Shown one piece after another: positions 39,765-54,084 of a stretch of DNA of 64,000 bases (within the stretch, counting starts at the first letter, position 1; every line of letters starts with the position of its first letter). Below the pieces are notes generated by a model, which had not been told where the DNA came from, made no database searches, and worked only from the letters and a program-made list of their open reading frames with translations. The position numbers and the translations under genes were made by a program. Origin of the DNA: Octopus bimaculoides (taxonomy: Eukaryota); assembly GCF_001194135.2 (NCBI RefSeq), contig NC_068998.1, positions 4,684,503 through 4,748,502 of the forward strand. The letters run 5' to 3'.

Positions 39765-40997
39765 TATATATATATGTATGTACCTATGTACATATATGTA
39801 CATGTAAACCTATGCATATGCGTATATACGTTTAAATATAAATATGTATATATATACATATATTTATATATTCTTTATTACCATTTAGGAGAAGCAATAA
39901 AGTTACTCAAGATCCGAGCGTTTCGTGCGTTGAGCCAACACACCGAGTTGTTGGACCTTGTGTCACTCTTTTGCTTCTGTTAAGTATTAATAAAAATACA
40001 CTCATATACTTTGAGTTCTATTTTTCCTGTTTGCACCAACATACAACCCCCCCCCCCACACACACACACAAACTCCTTCAGGTGAAACGACGTTCAGTTT
40101 TAACAGTATAAGCGTCACACATTTTTGAGAAAGTCTATTATCTCGGAAACTTTACGATAAACATATTTATCTATGTCAATTATACCTCACCGTCGTCAAC
40201 AATCACCTTCATTTTCTCCTGTATCAAACCTTACCTATCTAATCTTCTTTCCTCTATTTATTTCCTTCATTTTTATTACTCTGCTCCCCTTTTTGCGTTA
40301 TGCTTCACAATAAGCTTTTACTCCTCTTAACACTCTCCCTGTTACTGTCTTTCGTTCCTCCCTCTCTATCTTATATATATGTATTACAGTAAAATATATA
40401 CATGCCCTAACAGCACATATATATAGATAGATACATATATATACACACACACACACACATATATATATGTATTTGTATATATTTATATATGTGTATTATT
40501 GAAATCGTATGCTTTACGTTTCATGCAAATACGATCTTCAGGCGAGAAGTGTTGCGGCTGATGGTATATTGATATTTGCTTTTGTCTATGGTGTCCTTTC
40601 CTTGTGGCTGTCGACTGTCTTATAGTTTGCACTTACTGATTGGCTGTTATCTTTCTGCCTCATCGCTGAATATCTTTTACCGTGTGGTGTATATTTTGTT
40701 GTATTTATTGATGAATGGGATCCTGCTTCCGTTATAATGTTGGAGTTATTTGTTTATCTGATTAAGATTAAGTTTATGTTGCTTTTCTTATCCTATTTAT
40801 TCAAGATTGTGTCGTTTGTATTTATAAATACTGTGGAAGATACAACCATGCTGAAAAGCAATCTATCCGCCGTAACCGTACCGTTTTGATGATATATAAA
40901 TCTTATTCATCGTTCACATATTTAAGGTAAGAAAAAGAATTAGAAATTTACTATTTCTAAATCTCACAACGAGAGATATTCAGCAACAGTATGTTGT

Positions 40998-41256
40998 AGT
41001 AAAGATTATTTGCCAACATAACATGGCAGTCCTGGTTTAGGACGAATATTGCTGTAATTTAGCCCCAGGAGACATCGTCTCCAGCTGGCTATACAACACA
41101 ATTTATGTCCTTATATTTTCGATTCCCTTGTTCGAAAATATAAGGACACAGATCGTGTCGTATAACCAGCTAGTGACGATGTCTCCTGGGGCTAAATTAC
41201 TGCAACATTCGTCCTAAAGCAGGACTACCATGTTATGTTGTCAAACAATCTTTGCT
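40998..41256. repeat. 259-bp near-perfect palindrome (two 125-bp arms, 9-nt loop); foldback/MITE-like
   Basis: Arm 40998-41122 versus the reverse complement of 41132-41256 gives 111/125 identity with no gaps. Confidence 0.92.
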
Positions 41257-41701
41257 CCAAGAAAATGAATGTTTAACTGCTATTTCTGGCATGGATGGTG
41301 ACTACATGGAGGGCAGAAACCGTAGTTCTAGTAAGAGAGACAAGCAACAGAGGGGTGGGGAGAGGCAAATAATGAGTGCAAGAAAATAACTGAGGGGAGG
41401 TTTTAAGATTAAAAGTGAGAATGTTTAAAGGTGTTTGAGAGTAACTGAGAGTGTGAGTGAGGGTGTGTGAATGAGGGTGAGTGAGTTTGAATGAGAGTAG
41501 GTGAATGTGAGTTTGTTTTGGTGGTGTTGGGGGGCGAAAGGAACAATGAAAGTTGGACATTTTGTATGTTTTTGTTACTTTGCAGAGAATAGCACAAACG
41601 AAAATAGGAAGGTAATTGTGTGAGAATATTACAGCTAGAGAGAGAGAGAGGGCGAGTGGAGAAAAGAAGTAGAGAGAGAATGAGAGAGAGTGAAGGAGGG
41701 A

Positions 41702-41748
<47 letters not shown>

Positions 41749-42742
41749 AGGGAGGAGGAGTAATGTTGAGGGAAAAGGAGAAGCGAAGATAATTGATGAA
41801 AGACAAATAGAATTACATTCTGAACGAAAAAGAAAGCTATGTAAGGATGTATGCATATACATACATATATATANNNNNNNNNNNNNNNNNNNNNNNNNNN
41901 NNNNNNNNNNNNNNNNNNNNNNNNNNNNNNNNNNNNNNNNNNNNNNNNNNNNNNNNNNNNNNNNNNNNNNNNNNNNNNNNNNNNNNNNNNNNNNNNNNNN
42001 NNNNNNNNNNNNNNNNNNNNNNNNNNNNNNNNNNNNNNNNNNNNNNNNNGTGTGTGTGTGTGTGTGTGTGTGTGTGTGCATGTGTGTGTGTATGTATATG
42101 TACATATACATATATATGTATATACACACACACATATATATAAATATATACATATGTACATACACATACACTCACACAAATATGTGTATATATAAATGTG
42201 TGTGTTTATGTTTGTGTATGTGTATGTATGTATGTATATATATACACATATGCATACACATATTGGTAAGTTTATAATCATAGTTATTACAAAAAAGAAA
42301 GAGCAGGGAGAAAGGAGAGGAGAAAATACTGAAAGAAATGAGAAAGAAATAAAAGAAGGAATGAAGAGTGAAGGAAAAAGGGATAGAGTAAAAGAGAAAA
42401 TCGATTGCTGAAGAAATTTGTTTTCAAAATATGTAAAAGAAATGAATAATCAATAATGAAATAAAAAGAAAGAAGGAAAGAAGTCAGGAAAGAATGAAAC
42501 CAGAATGGAATGAAAGAGAGGAAAGATTAAAACGTGCAAAGAACGAAATGACGGCAACAAGAACAGGGGTGGGTGTGTGGTTAAGAAGCTCGGTTTGCTT
42601 CTACGTAATTTCGGGTTCGGTCTCACTACGCGGCACCTTGGGTTAGTGTCTTTTTCTATCGTTCCAGGCTGATCTTCATTGAATTTTTTGGACAGAAATA
42701 TTGAATCGAATATTCTAGCACCGTTTCTTAGCGTAACGCGAA

Positions 42743-42776
<34 letters not shown>

Positions 42777-42964
42777 ATTTGTACCTGTGTCTTTAGTCCA
42801 CGACCACTTGACAACTGGTGTTGGTTTGTTTACGTCCCAGTAACTAGCGGTTCCGCAAAAGTCATCGATAGAATAAGTACTCGACATAAAAAAGGATATA
42901 CTATTGGGATTGACTTCTTCTACCTAAACCCCTGAACAGGACGCCGCTCTTCTGCGGGGTTCAT

Positions 42965-43145
42965 GGCCTGCAATTCTGACGGTAGGGGTTCAAGTCGATT
43001 ACATCGACCCCAGAAATTCGTTCATACCTCTTCTATGAATCCTGAAGAGATGAAAGCCAAAGTCGGTCTCGGCGAGATTTCAACTAAGAACGTAAAGCGC
43101 CGAAAGTATACCTCCAAGCATTTTGTTCAACATGCTAAAGGATCT
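42965..43145 (-). mobile_element. SINE family A, diverged
   Basis: AGTCGATTACATCGACCCCAG…GATGAAAGCCAAAGTCGG…AGAACGTAAAG. Confidence 0.7.
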
Positions 43146-43274
43146 CCTAGATCACGGCATCAATTACATTTAAATTAAAGGCTATCGGACAATTTGTTGA
43201 ATGTTATATAAGCATGAATATTTCTTTATCTCCATGAACGGTTACTCATCATAAACTGCAAATCATGAGAAAGC

Positions 43275-43640
43275 AGCCTTTACGCGATCGCTCGACCTGC
43301 AAGAAACAACGACAAAATATCCCTCAGATCATACACTACTGTCTTTAGTAAGGAAACACTCATATTAAGCAATTCTAATTAGACAGGATAGTCACAGTTG
43401 GAATGCTTTTGGTTATAGGTTTGTTTCATGAGAGCTAAGCAGCAACAACTGAAACACGACCCGATATGGTCACATGACATGCTAGATATAACAGCCGAAA
43501 CTACCTCAGCACTCTAATGTTCCTAGTGTGGGAAAGAAATCATTTAATAATAAAGTCCCAAGTAGACTGAGCACTAAGAAAAAACAGGACGGGCACGGTT
43601 GGAATGTTTTCACCCTAGGTTGACACAACAGCAAAAACAA
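43275..43640 (+). mobile_element. Dispersed repeat family D, two partial tandem copies; related fragments at about 18065, 22970, 24270 and 25800
   Basis: Shared GGTTGGAATG…TAGG…CTAA…CAACAAC ends; other fragments carry TTTA(G/A)CCCCAGGTCA. Confidence 0.5.
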
Positions 43641-44945
43641 CAATTAAAACTATCACCACCACCAACAACAACATCGACACTACGACCACCACTACCACCA
43701 CATCACCATCGCCACCACCATCAACACTACCATCACCACCACCACCACCACCACCACCGCCGCTAACAACGCCACCACCGCCACCTTTTCGCCACTTTCA
43801 ACACCATCACCAACAACAACAGTACCATCGCCACTTCCACCACCGCTACGACCACAACCACCACCAGCACACCCCTACCACCACCNNNNNNNNNNNNNNN
43901 NNNNNNNNNNNNNNNNNNNNNNNNNNNNNNNNNNNNNNNNNNNNNNNNNNNNNNNNNNNNNNNNNNNNNNNNNNNNNNNNNNNNNNNNNNNNNNNNNNNN
44001 NNNNNNNNNNNNNNNNNNNNNNNNNNNNNNNNNNNNNNNNNNNNNNNNNNNNNNNNNNNNNNNNNNNNNNNNNNNNNNNNNNNNNNNNNNNNNNNNNNNN
44101 NNNNNNNNNNNNNNNNNNNNNNNNNNNNNNNNNNNNNNNNNNNAGCCAATAACATACATATACAAATGCGTCTATACAAACTTTCATTCGCTGATATTTA
44201 ATCAAGATGAAACCAGTTTCTTAGTCAAGTTGACAGGTAAATAGCAAGGCAAGAACGACTGAATTAAAACCTTAATCTTTTAAAAATTTTCGTCAAGGTT
44301 TCTTCTCCTTCCCTCTCCACCAACCCCGCTTCCCGATATGTTGTTAGTATTTAAAAACGAATACGATTATAACGCTAAGTAAACTTGACTTCTTGTTCAT
44401 CAACTTAACATTTTGATAGATTAAAATGTTCGGGCTTTTCATTTTCAGCTTTCTTTTTTACTTTTATGTTTCCTGTTTTTTTTTGTTTTTTTTTTTCTAA
44501 TTTCAGACGGTTTTGCCAAAAGCAAGCATTGACACACATGCATTTAAATAGATTTTAAATTAAGCAAAACATGGTTCAGTCAACGAGATTTTTCGACTAA
44601 TTTCTCTCTTTCTTAAACAATATCCCCTGGGTAAGGGATTGAACTGCATCCGGTGGCAAGGATACAGTTCGGAAGCCCTTGAGATCTTAAGGAGTAACAA
44701 GATACATTTGATTCATCAATAGCTCCAGGTCCGCTTTGTTCCGGAGCTGTAGCACCTGTCATGGTGCCCCAGTTATTACATATATGTTATTTTACTCTTT
44801 TACTTGTTTGTTCGACTAAAACCTTTTCAAGACAGTGCTCCAGCAGGGCCATATATATATATATAGACATGTGTTGATTAGCACCCATCAGGATCACTAG
44901 CGAGTCTTCTAGCTTGTCGTGAAAACAATAACAGTTTCTCTCAAA

Positions 44946-45108
44946 GGCGCAGCGTGGCTCTGTGGTAAGAAGCCTGCTTACCGACCACATAGTTCCAAGT
45001 TCAGTTACACTGCGTGGCATTTTGGGCAACTGTTTTCTGTTATACCCTCCAGACCAAACACTTGTGAGTGGAATTGGTAGACGGAAAATTAAAAGAAGCC
45101 TGTCGGGA
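44946..45108 (+). mobile_element. SINE family B 5' half
   Basis: GGCGCAGCGTGGCTCTGTGGTAAG…TTGTGAGTGGAATTGGTAGACGGAAA. Confidence 0.8.
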
Positions 45109-45624
45109 TTTGAACTCGGAATTTAAAGAAGAAGAAGAAGAACAACAACAACAAAAGGGGAGGTTGGAGGAGAAGAAGAAGAAGAAGAAGAAAATTGTAT
45201 GGGAAAGAAAAAAAAAAGAAGGCAAGTAGAGTCGGGAAGGGTAAAAAAAAGTAACCGGAAAAGCTCGAAAGCGTCGCACTTGAATTGATTTGAGTAATTT
45301 TCGGACAATGACGAGTTATTAATCAGCCCCAAAATGCGGAAATAGCTGAGTGGCAAATTGTTCTGTTTGAATGCATTGAAGAGTTTTGTCTTGTGAGAAT
45401 AAGATTCCTAGAAATCATTTTCCTGATTAATATAACATTCCGCCATCATTGTCATTTGATTTTTTTTACCTCATCGCCGTCGTCGTCGTCTTCATCATCA
45501 TTGCTCTTCTCTCCCTCTCTCTCTCTCTCTCTCTCTTTCTATCTCTCTCTCTCTCCCTCTCTCTCTGTCTCTCGTGCACCTGCGTTTCTGAGTGCGTTTG
45601 TCTGTGGGTATAACATACATACGT

Positions 45625-45874
45625 GGAGGCGCGTGGCTTAGTGGTTAGGGTATCAGCATCATGATCGTAAGATTGTGGTTTCGATTCCTGAACAGGGCGA
45701 CGCGTTGTGTTCTTGAGCAAAACACTTCATTTCACGTTGCTCCAGTCCACTCAGCTGGCAAAAAATGAGTAACGCTGCGATGGACTGGCGTCCCGTCCAG
45801 CTGGGGAACACATACGCCATTGAAACCGGGAAACCGGGCCCATGAGCCTGGCTAGGCTTTAAAAGGGCGCATTT
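45625..45874 (+). mobile_element. Full-length SINE family C (tRNA head plus a V/Meta-domain-like core); partial copy at about 46085-46230
   Basis: A-box TGGCTTAGTGG and B-box GGTTTCGATTCC. The core GCTGCGATGGACTGGCGTCCCGTCCAG resembles V/Meta SINE domains (recalled, not searched). Confidence 0.85.
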
Positions 45875-46328
45875 ATTTTTCATTTATAACATACACATGA
45901 CTTTTATCTGTTACTTTCCACTTGTTTCAGCCTTAAAAAGCTTTTAGTCGAATGAATCGACTCCATAGGTCTGTTTTTTTTTCTTTTTAAACCAGGTACT
46001 TATTTTATCGGTCTCTTTTACCGGACCGCTTGCTTACGGGGACGTAAACGCACCAACACCGGTTGTGGGGAACAAAAGCTGTTGTTGAGCAAAACACTTC
46101 ATTTCCCGTTGCTGCAGGCCACTCAACTGACAAAAATGGCCTGTGCTGCAGCGGACTGACGTCCTGTGCAGTGGATAAATATATGCGCCACAGAACCCGG
46201 GAAACCGGCCTTAAGAGCCTGTGCCACGAGAAGGGCCTTTGATCCGTATATATATATGCAAATATGAATGGATGGATGGGTGGATATATACCTGTGGGTG
46301 TTGACGTGTGCGCACACGTGTATGTATA

Positions 46329-46550
46329 CAGTGTCCTAAAATTACCATTACAATTTGAAAAATTAATACACACACACACACAAAATAAGGTTACCTCAGC
46401 AGAACTTATTGGAAAACGTAGGCAAACAAATAGTTTTAGCAGAAAACACTTCCACGTACACTCCATTGGTCACACGCAACTTGCTGAGTTATCGTTTTTC
46501 ATTTTGTACCCGAATTTTTCAAATTGTAAAGTTAATTTATGGACACCCTG
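46329..46550. mobile_element. Tc1/mariner-type MITE
   Basis: Left TA-CAGTGTCCTAAAATTACCATTACAATTTGAAAAATT versus the right-end reverse complement CAGGGTGTCCATAAATTAACTTTACAATTTGAAAAATT. Confidence 0.7.
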
Positions 46551-46728
46551 AATATATGAATATATCACTGTGTGCGTTCGTTTTTGAATTTATCAACAAC
46601 ATTGCTATCACTAAATGAGGATACAATATTGACTTAAAAAACATTCAATGTTCTTGGTGGTATACTATGTTGCCAAAGGAAATACTGCGTCCCTATCAGC
46701 AATTAATCTATGTGTGCGTTGAGAATCT

Positions 46729-46915
46729 TTTCAACTTTAGGCACAAGACCTAAAAGTTTTGGGAAGGGGGTCAATCGATTAGATTGACCCCGGTGCGTAA
46801 CTGGTACTTAATATATCGATCCCGAAAGGATGAAAGCCAAAGTCGACCTCGGCGGAATTTAAACTCAGATCGTAAAGACAAGCGAAATACCGCGATGCAT
46901 TTCACCCGGCATGCC
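46729..46915 (-). mobile_element. SINE family A
   Basis: Well-preserved reverse complement of the family A body. Confidence 0.8.
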
Positions 46916-48114
46916 AGATCGACGCCTTTTTACCATAGTTAATCATTCCATCAATAACGCTAGCTAAAATGGAAAACTTCACAATCGTTGGTCCGAGTTT
47001 TTGAAAATATTTAAGTCAATTAATCTTTCTTCTATTTTTTACTTTTTATCTTTTACTTGTTTCGGTCATTAGAGTGCAGCCGTTATGTTGGGGGATGGGT
47101 TTGTCTTGAAGATATGCCGCTAAGCATTTTCCCGTAGGTTTTCGGATTGTAAAAACTAGAAAGAAATATAATGAGTAAAAGAAAAAAATGAATAATGAAG
47201 AGGCGGGAAATATTTATATATTGATTAAGGTAGAAAATAGGTGATCGTTGTTTAAATATTTAAATTCATTAAAGTATAGCTTAGTTGATATGTGCAGACG
47301 ATATGTCTCTCAAATTTCTGTTCTCCAACCAGTGTTAACCCTTTGAACTTGCGAGGATGCATTTGCGATCGGGTTTCAAATTATTTCTGGAAGTTGCGAG
47401 AGCGACGGCAACATGTCTTCTTGTTAACGATTCGTTAATTGTTTGTAACCACGTGAAATGCGACGATGCAAATTCACAAGCTTTACTAATAAATAAAAAA
47501 AACTGCCGTAACGGTGATTCGACACTCCCACCGATAGATATTCGTTCAGACACAACGAACGACCCACAACTGTTTCACGTGGTCGATTAATCTGGATATG
47601 ACTGTGAGGCCAGATACTCTAACCATTGAGTCATACACCTTCTCCTATATGTACGTATATATTGATATCTATATATACATACCTATAAAACATTAAGTTA
47701 GGAAATAAGAGAGATGAATATATATTTAGTTAATTATATAGCTTCCATAGGATTGCGGTCATTTCGCAGCATTCCTCATGTATTATTAATGTAATTTTAT
47801 TATGCAAGAAATTATGTGTATGTCTGCATTAGTACGTATGCTCAGCGATACAGAATACAATTCGCTGCTCGTAAATCAATATCTTATCTGCATACATTAT
47901 GTGAATATACTTGAATGTATATATACATACATACATATATATAAATACATACGCAAATATGTACACATATATATATGAATATAAACAGCTATCTATCTAA
48001 ATAATTATGTGTATGTATATATGTATATATGTATATATATATATGTATATATATATGTATATATATATACTTATGCCTGCATATCATATATGCATATATG
48101 TGTATATATATGCA

Positions 48115-48164
<50 letters not shown>

Positions 48165-49794
48165 NNNNNNNNNNNNNNNNNNNNNNNNNNNNNNNNNNNN
48201 NNNNNNNNNNNNNNNNNNNNNNNNNNNNNNNNNNNNNNNNNNNNNNNNNNNNNNNNNNNNNNNNNNNNNNNNNNNNNNNNNNNNNNNNNNNNNNNNNNNN
48301 NNNNNNNNNNNNNNNNNNNNNNNNNNNNNNNNNNNNNNNNNNNNNNNNNNNNNNNNNNNNNNNNNNNNNNNNNNNNNNNNNNNNNNNNNNNNNNNNNNNN
48401 NNNNNNNNNNNNNNNNNNNNNNNNNNNNNNNNNNNNNNNNNNNNNNNNNNNNNNNNNNNNNNNNNNNNNNNNNNNNNNNNNNNNNNNNNNNNNNNNNNNN
48501 NNNNNNNNNNNNNNNNNNNNNNNNNNNNNNNNNNNNNNNNNNNNNNNNNNNNNNNNNNNNNNNNNNNNNNNNNNNNNNNNNNNNNNNNNNNNNNNNNNNN
48601 NNNNNNNNNNNNNNNNNNNNNNNNNNNNNNNNNNNNNNNNNNNNNNNNNNNNNNNNNNNNNNNNNNNNNNNNNNNNNNNNNNNNNNNNNNNNNNNNNNNN
48701 NNNNNNNNNNNNNNNNNNNNNNNNNNNNNNNNNNNNNNNNNNNNNNNNNNNNNNNNNNNNNNNNNNNNNNNNNTCTCTCTCTATTTATCTATCTATCTAT
48801 CTATCTATTTATGTACCTACCTACCTACCTACCTACCTACCTACCTACCTACCTACCTACCTATCTATCTATCTATCTATCTTTCTATCTATCTATCTAT
48901 GTGTTTTTTATCCTCAACTGTGTCATATATTTGTTTGTTTTTGTCTGTTTTCTTTCTGCTTTCTTCTTTGTGTTCCATGGACTCAGTATACATAACAGGC
49001 ATAACAGACATTGGAAGAGTGAGAGGGAGAGGGAGAGGGAGAGGGAGAGAGGGAGAAAGAGAGGAGGATGTGACAAAGAAAAAGGGTGAGAGGAAGAGAG
49101 AACTAGAGGCAGAGGAAGATAATGGGGGAAGGAAGACAGTGGGGAGAGAGAGAGAGAGAGATAGAGTGAAAGATAGATTGAGTGATATGGAGCAAAAAAG
49201 AAGCAACGAAAAGCACATAGATATATGCACAGAAAATGCATAAAGAATAAAGAGCGAGAGGAGAGGAAAAAGAAAACGAATTGAATTAGAGAGCGATAGA
49301 CCGACATAGTAAGAGATAGAATGTGAGAGAAAGGAAGAGAGAGAAGGGGAGAAATTGAGAAAGGCGAACGAGATCATTGGGTACAACTTAACCATTCGGT
49401 AAATAGAGAGGTGTCGACACACCCGTCCCACCAGGTACGCAAATTTGAACTGTGTGGTCGCAAGTACACATACACACAAACAAACAAACACATACAGCCT
49501 CACGCACATTCACACACACTCACACACACAGACACAAACACGCGCACATATACGTATATATATATATATGTGTGTATATATTCAGTTTCAGAAGATTCTA
49601 AATATGAATCTATGTGTTGAAACCGATATTGCTTGGTTGCATTTTGGGAGGTCACTCTGCCAATACATTAGAAATACACGGCATGCATTTTTGACTGTAT
49701 TTAACAATTTGTCAAAAATATTTCGTTTACACGTCTGTAACATTTGCAATGGGTTTCCAAGAGTCCCATTTTTGTTTTCGTAAATCTACATCCC

Positions 49795-49830
<36 letters not shown>

Positions 49831-52057
49831 NNNNNNNNNNNNNNNNNNNNNNNNNNNNNNNNNNNNNNNNNNNNNNNNNNNNNNNNNNNNNNNNNNNNNN
49901 NNNNNNNNNNNNNNNNNNNNNNNNNNNNNNNNNNNNNNNNNNNNNNNNNNNNNNNNNNNNNNNNNNNNNNNNNNNNNNNNNNNNNNNNNNNNNNNNNNNN
50001 NNNNNNNNNNNNNNNNNNNNNNNNNNNNNNNNNNNNNNNNNNNNNNNNNNNNNNNNNNNNNNNNNNNNNNNNNNNNNNNNNNNNNNNNNNNNNNNNNNNN
50101 NNNNNNNNNNNNNNNNNNNNNNNNNNNNNNNNNNNNNNNNNNNNNNNNNNNNNNNNNNNNNNNNNNNNNNNNNNNNNNNNNNNNNNNNNNNNNNNNNNNN
50201 NNNNNNNNNNNNNNNNNNNNNNNNNNNNNNNNNNNNNNNNNNNNNNNNNNNNNNNNNNNNNNNNNNNNNNNNNNNNNNNNNNNNNNNNNNNNNNNNNNNN
50301 NNNNNNNNNNNNNNNNNNNNNNNNNNNNNNNNNNNNNNNNNNNNNNNNNNNNNNNNNNATATATATATATATATACATATGTGAATGTTAGAAACGAAGA
50401 GTAAAATAAAGACACTACATATGTTTCAAAACTAAACTTTATGTCTTACATAACTCGTAACATATGTAGAAACTATTTAACTAATCACATCGTTGCAAGA
50501 CGACTGAATCTTTAAATCTGGTACATGAATATCCTTGAACGACAATTTAACCATATTTTCTCCATTCCGAAATCTTGTATAGCGTTAGCCTACACAAGTG
50601 CAAGAGCTAAATAGTTATAGGATAGTGCGATCCGAAAAGATCCTGGTACAGGAAGTTAGTTAGCATCAAGCGTATACAGCTTGCAGAGATGAAAAAGAGT
50701 GGCGTACGCTTTAGAGCGGCGGACGAGGTCCGTTGTGTTATTTCTTCCGGGTCGTTTCGTTCTCTGTTCAAACCGTCTCCTGGTTTATCACCACCACAAT
50801 AACAACCATTACCACTTCAACTACCACCAGCACCAACACCACTGCCACCACTCCACCATCACTCCACCACCGCCATAACTACTACTAACACCACTACCAC
50901 CGATTGTGCTTTCAGGGAAGGAGTTCATTTTGTTGCAAGCATTCGAGCCAGTCCCCTGCTTTGGTGATACTTTGGTGTAATTGTGATGATGATGATGATG
51001 ATGGTAGTGGTGGTGGTGGTGATGGTGGTCGACGTCGTCGTGGCGGTGGTGATGGCGGTGAAGGTGGTGATGATTTTGGTGTTGGTGATGGTTGTGGTAG
51101 TAACAGCGGTGGTGGTAGTGACGATGGTGGTGTTGGTGGTGGTTGTGGTAGTGGTGGTGGTGGTAGTGGTGACGGTTGCAGTGGTGGTGGTGGTGGTGGG
51201 TGTTAAACTGGGTGGTAGAGTATGTCTGCCACTCAAGAAAATGCGCAGTTTGACGATCTTCCTTCTGTATAGTTTCCGTCTGCAACCCGATTTCACACAC
51301 AAAGCTTTGGGTCTTAGAGTACACTCGGGGGTTTTATAGTACGGTCGTGTTCTTAGTACACTTGGGGAATATATTCAAGTGTACTCGACATAAAAAATAT
51401 ATTTTTTATGTATTTAAGCACAAAACAAAGTTTAAAGAAATACAAAAAAAAAAGAACAAAAAGAAATACCAACAAAAATAAAATGTTGAATTGTTCGAAG
51501 TGAAAAAATCAACTGAGCCGTGATATGCTACAGGTAAAAATATTATGGATCCTCGTTCGGTCTCGACGATGAGCAATAAGTTGTTAGATCAATGAATACT
51601 TTCTTGTGGAATTAATGTGTGAGCGGTAACATTGTATATGTTACTGGAATGTTTTGTGGTGTTAACGCAATTTTCAGGTTAATGACCATGATAAAAAGTG
51701 GAGAAGGGGAATGGGAATGTCTTAAGTACTGTTAAACTCCAGGAAGACAGGTAAGGAGAGAGAAAGAGTGGTGTAGCTACAGTGTGTGCCGTCCGGGGTA
51801 GCCTGTTAAAAATACTGTCCGGTGTAGACCGATCCCGTTGTCTTCTACTAGCTATTCCATTGGGGAGCGAGTGGCACAGGGAAGCGTTCCCCGTTATAGG
51901 TGAGGTATTATTAGTAAACCGGAAAGAATTGAAGGAAAACCTGACCTCAGCAGGACTTAAACCCAGTAAGTTGTAATGAATGCCACAAAATTACTCTCTC
52001 CAACGCTCTAACGAATCCATCACTACACCTAGTTGACGTAATGCCGACGCTAAGCAG

Positions 52058-52586
52058 CTGTCATTGTGGAACCCATAACAGGGTGAAATCACGTGACACA
52101 GTAGTTCTGACGGCTGTAGCAGTCGATTCTCGTCTATGATTACGTGTGCTTTTATGTTCCACGAATCCTTATGCAAGAGTCTCTCGAGTATTCTTTGTTC
52201 TAACACAACCTCCACATCAAGCTGAAGATCAAGATTACCTTTTGACATTCATACTACTTCCGTCGCTATTAATTAGCTTTCAGTAAGCCCACTGGCTAGT
52301 TACAAAACCAGTGCCTGAATAGACACTGATATTCTATATATCGTTGACGGGATATTCGGCTGTTAAACAGCGAATAGATGCCTGTCACTGATGAACTCAT
52401 AGCAGGGTGAAAGTTTGTGATCTGGCGAATCCGACGGCCGTAGCAGGCGATTCTCATGTTTTAACGATATAATTATGAGTGCTTTTATGTGCCACGAGTC
52501 CTTGTGAGAGTTTCTCTTCAGGTAAATAACGAGTATTTGGGGTTTCAACACAACGTCCATGTTAAGATGGGGATCAAGATCACCTT
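52058..52586. repeat. Two diverged direct repeats (52058-52241, 52382-52586), period about 324 bp
   Basis: Shared blocks CTGTCA…CAGGGTGAAA…GACGGC.GTAGCAG.CGATTCTC…CCACGA.TCCTT…AACACAAC…GATCAAGAT.ACCTT. Confidence 0.8.
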
Positions 52587-52869
52587 ATAAATATTAAACG
52601 GTTATATTAGAGCATGATGTCTCAAAGTGACGCATGAAGAAATGCTGGCTGTTGTTATTGGTATTTAGCTCAAGGTTAATCATGATCATGTAGGCCTGCA
52701 ATCCAGCCGTGACGTTCTGTACTATTACTGATACCAAGAACGACTTTATTTCACAAACAAACGCGCACACAAGCACACACACATACACACACACATCGGT
52801 ATGTGGATGCATAATCACACACACACTTACACGTACTGATATATATATATATACATTTGCGCGAGTGTA

Positions 52870-52903
<34 letters not shown>

Positions 52904-53317
52904 CACATACATATGTATACTTACCTCCGAAGTCGTTAAATAAACACCAGCCCAAAGCCCTAATATTAGAAATATTACTAGAGCAATCTTAAACCGACTT
53001 ATAGCTGTAATTTCAATATAAAAGCTTTATAAAATATGCATACATATGTCCAGATTTGGCCAAATGCATTTCTTTTCAATATTTATTTTTGCTTGCACAT
53101 CACATACGAACACACACATGCACACAGACACACACACGCACACACGCACCTACATATACATATACACACATACACTCAGAGTCAATGCCACTTTTGAATT
53201 TATCGAACATACTCTCCCCCGTTGAATCAGGTCAAGTAAGTTCAAAATCTCAGTCTTTAAGCAAGCAATATATGTAAGCTAAGCGAGCTCTCTACAGCAT
53301 ACTTAAAACATGCGAAG

Positions 53318-53409
<92 letters not shown>

Positions 53410-53657
53410 CCTATGTGCTAGTGAATTCATTTCAATTGAAAAGGACATTGTTAATATCAGCATACACATATAGTCGGGCACATGTGTATACTCAAACATA
53501 CACACATGCATACATATACATTAGGCATGGATCTCTCTAGCCTGTCTATCTCCCCCCTCTCGCTCTCCATCTCTCTCCCCTCTCTCTCTCTCTCTCCCTC
53601 TCTCTATCTCTATCTGCCTGTATATATTTATATATATATATATGTGTATGCCTACCT

Positions 53658-53727
<70 letters not shown>

Positions 53728-54084
53728 GTCTATGCATCATTTGTAACTCTATGAGTGTGTGTATGTATGTGTGTGTATATATACATCTATACATATAAAT
53801 TTGACGTGGGCGATTCTTTCTTGTTTTGGGATTCATGGTCAAACGGCTGGGTGGAATTACGCGAAAAATTACACAGAGATGTAGAATGATCTGGTGGTGT
53901 TGCTGGGCTTTGTATTTTTTCATAGCTCCCATGGTTACCGGCATAATCTACTATAATAATACTCTTGTGTTTATGAACGAGAAAGGAAGGGGCGATGGAT
54001 GAATAAGGATGGCAGGGATAATGTCATACTTAGTAGTGGGATGATGAAAATTGTGCGCTGAAAAAAAAAATCAAATAGGGATTT

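Noticed and set aside
45625-45700. tRNA genes (here and at 1750-1818 and 39347-39420)
   Set aside because: A/B boxes are present, but they continue into SINE bodies and lack a complete cloverleaf. They are SINE heads.
47357-47590. 77-aa ORF MHLRSGFKLF…
   Set aside because: No recognisable motif, an in-frame stop just upstream, and no supporting donor site.
52385-52415. CTGATGA-ACTC…GGGT-GAAA hammerhead-like string
   Set aside because: No stem I or III can be formed, and the sister repeat at about 52065 lacks the core.
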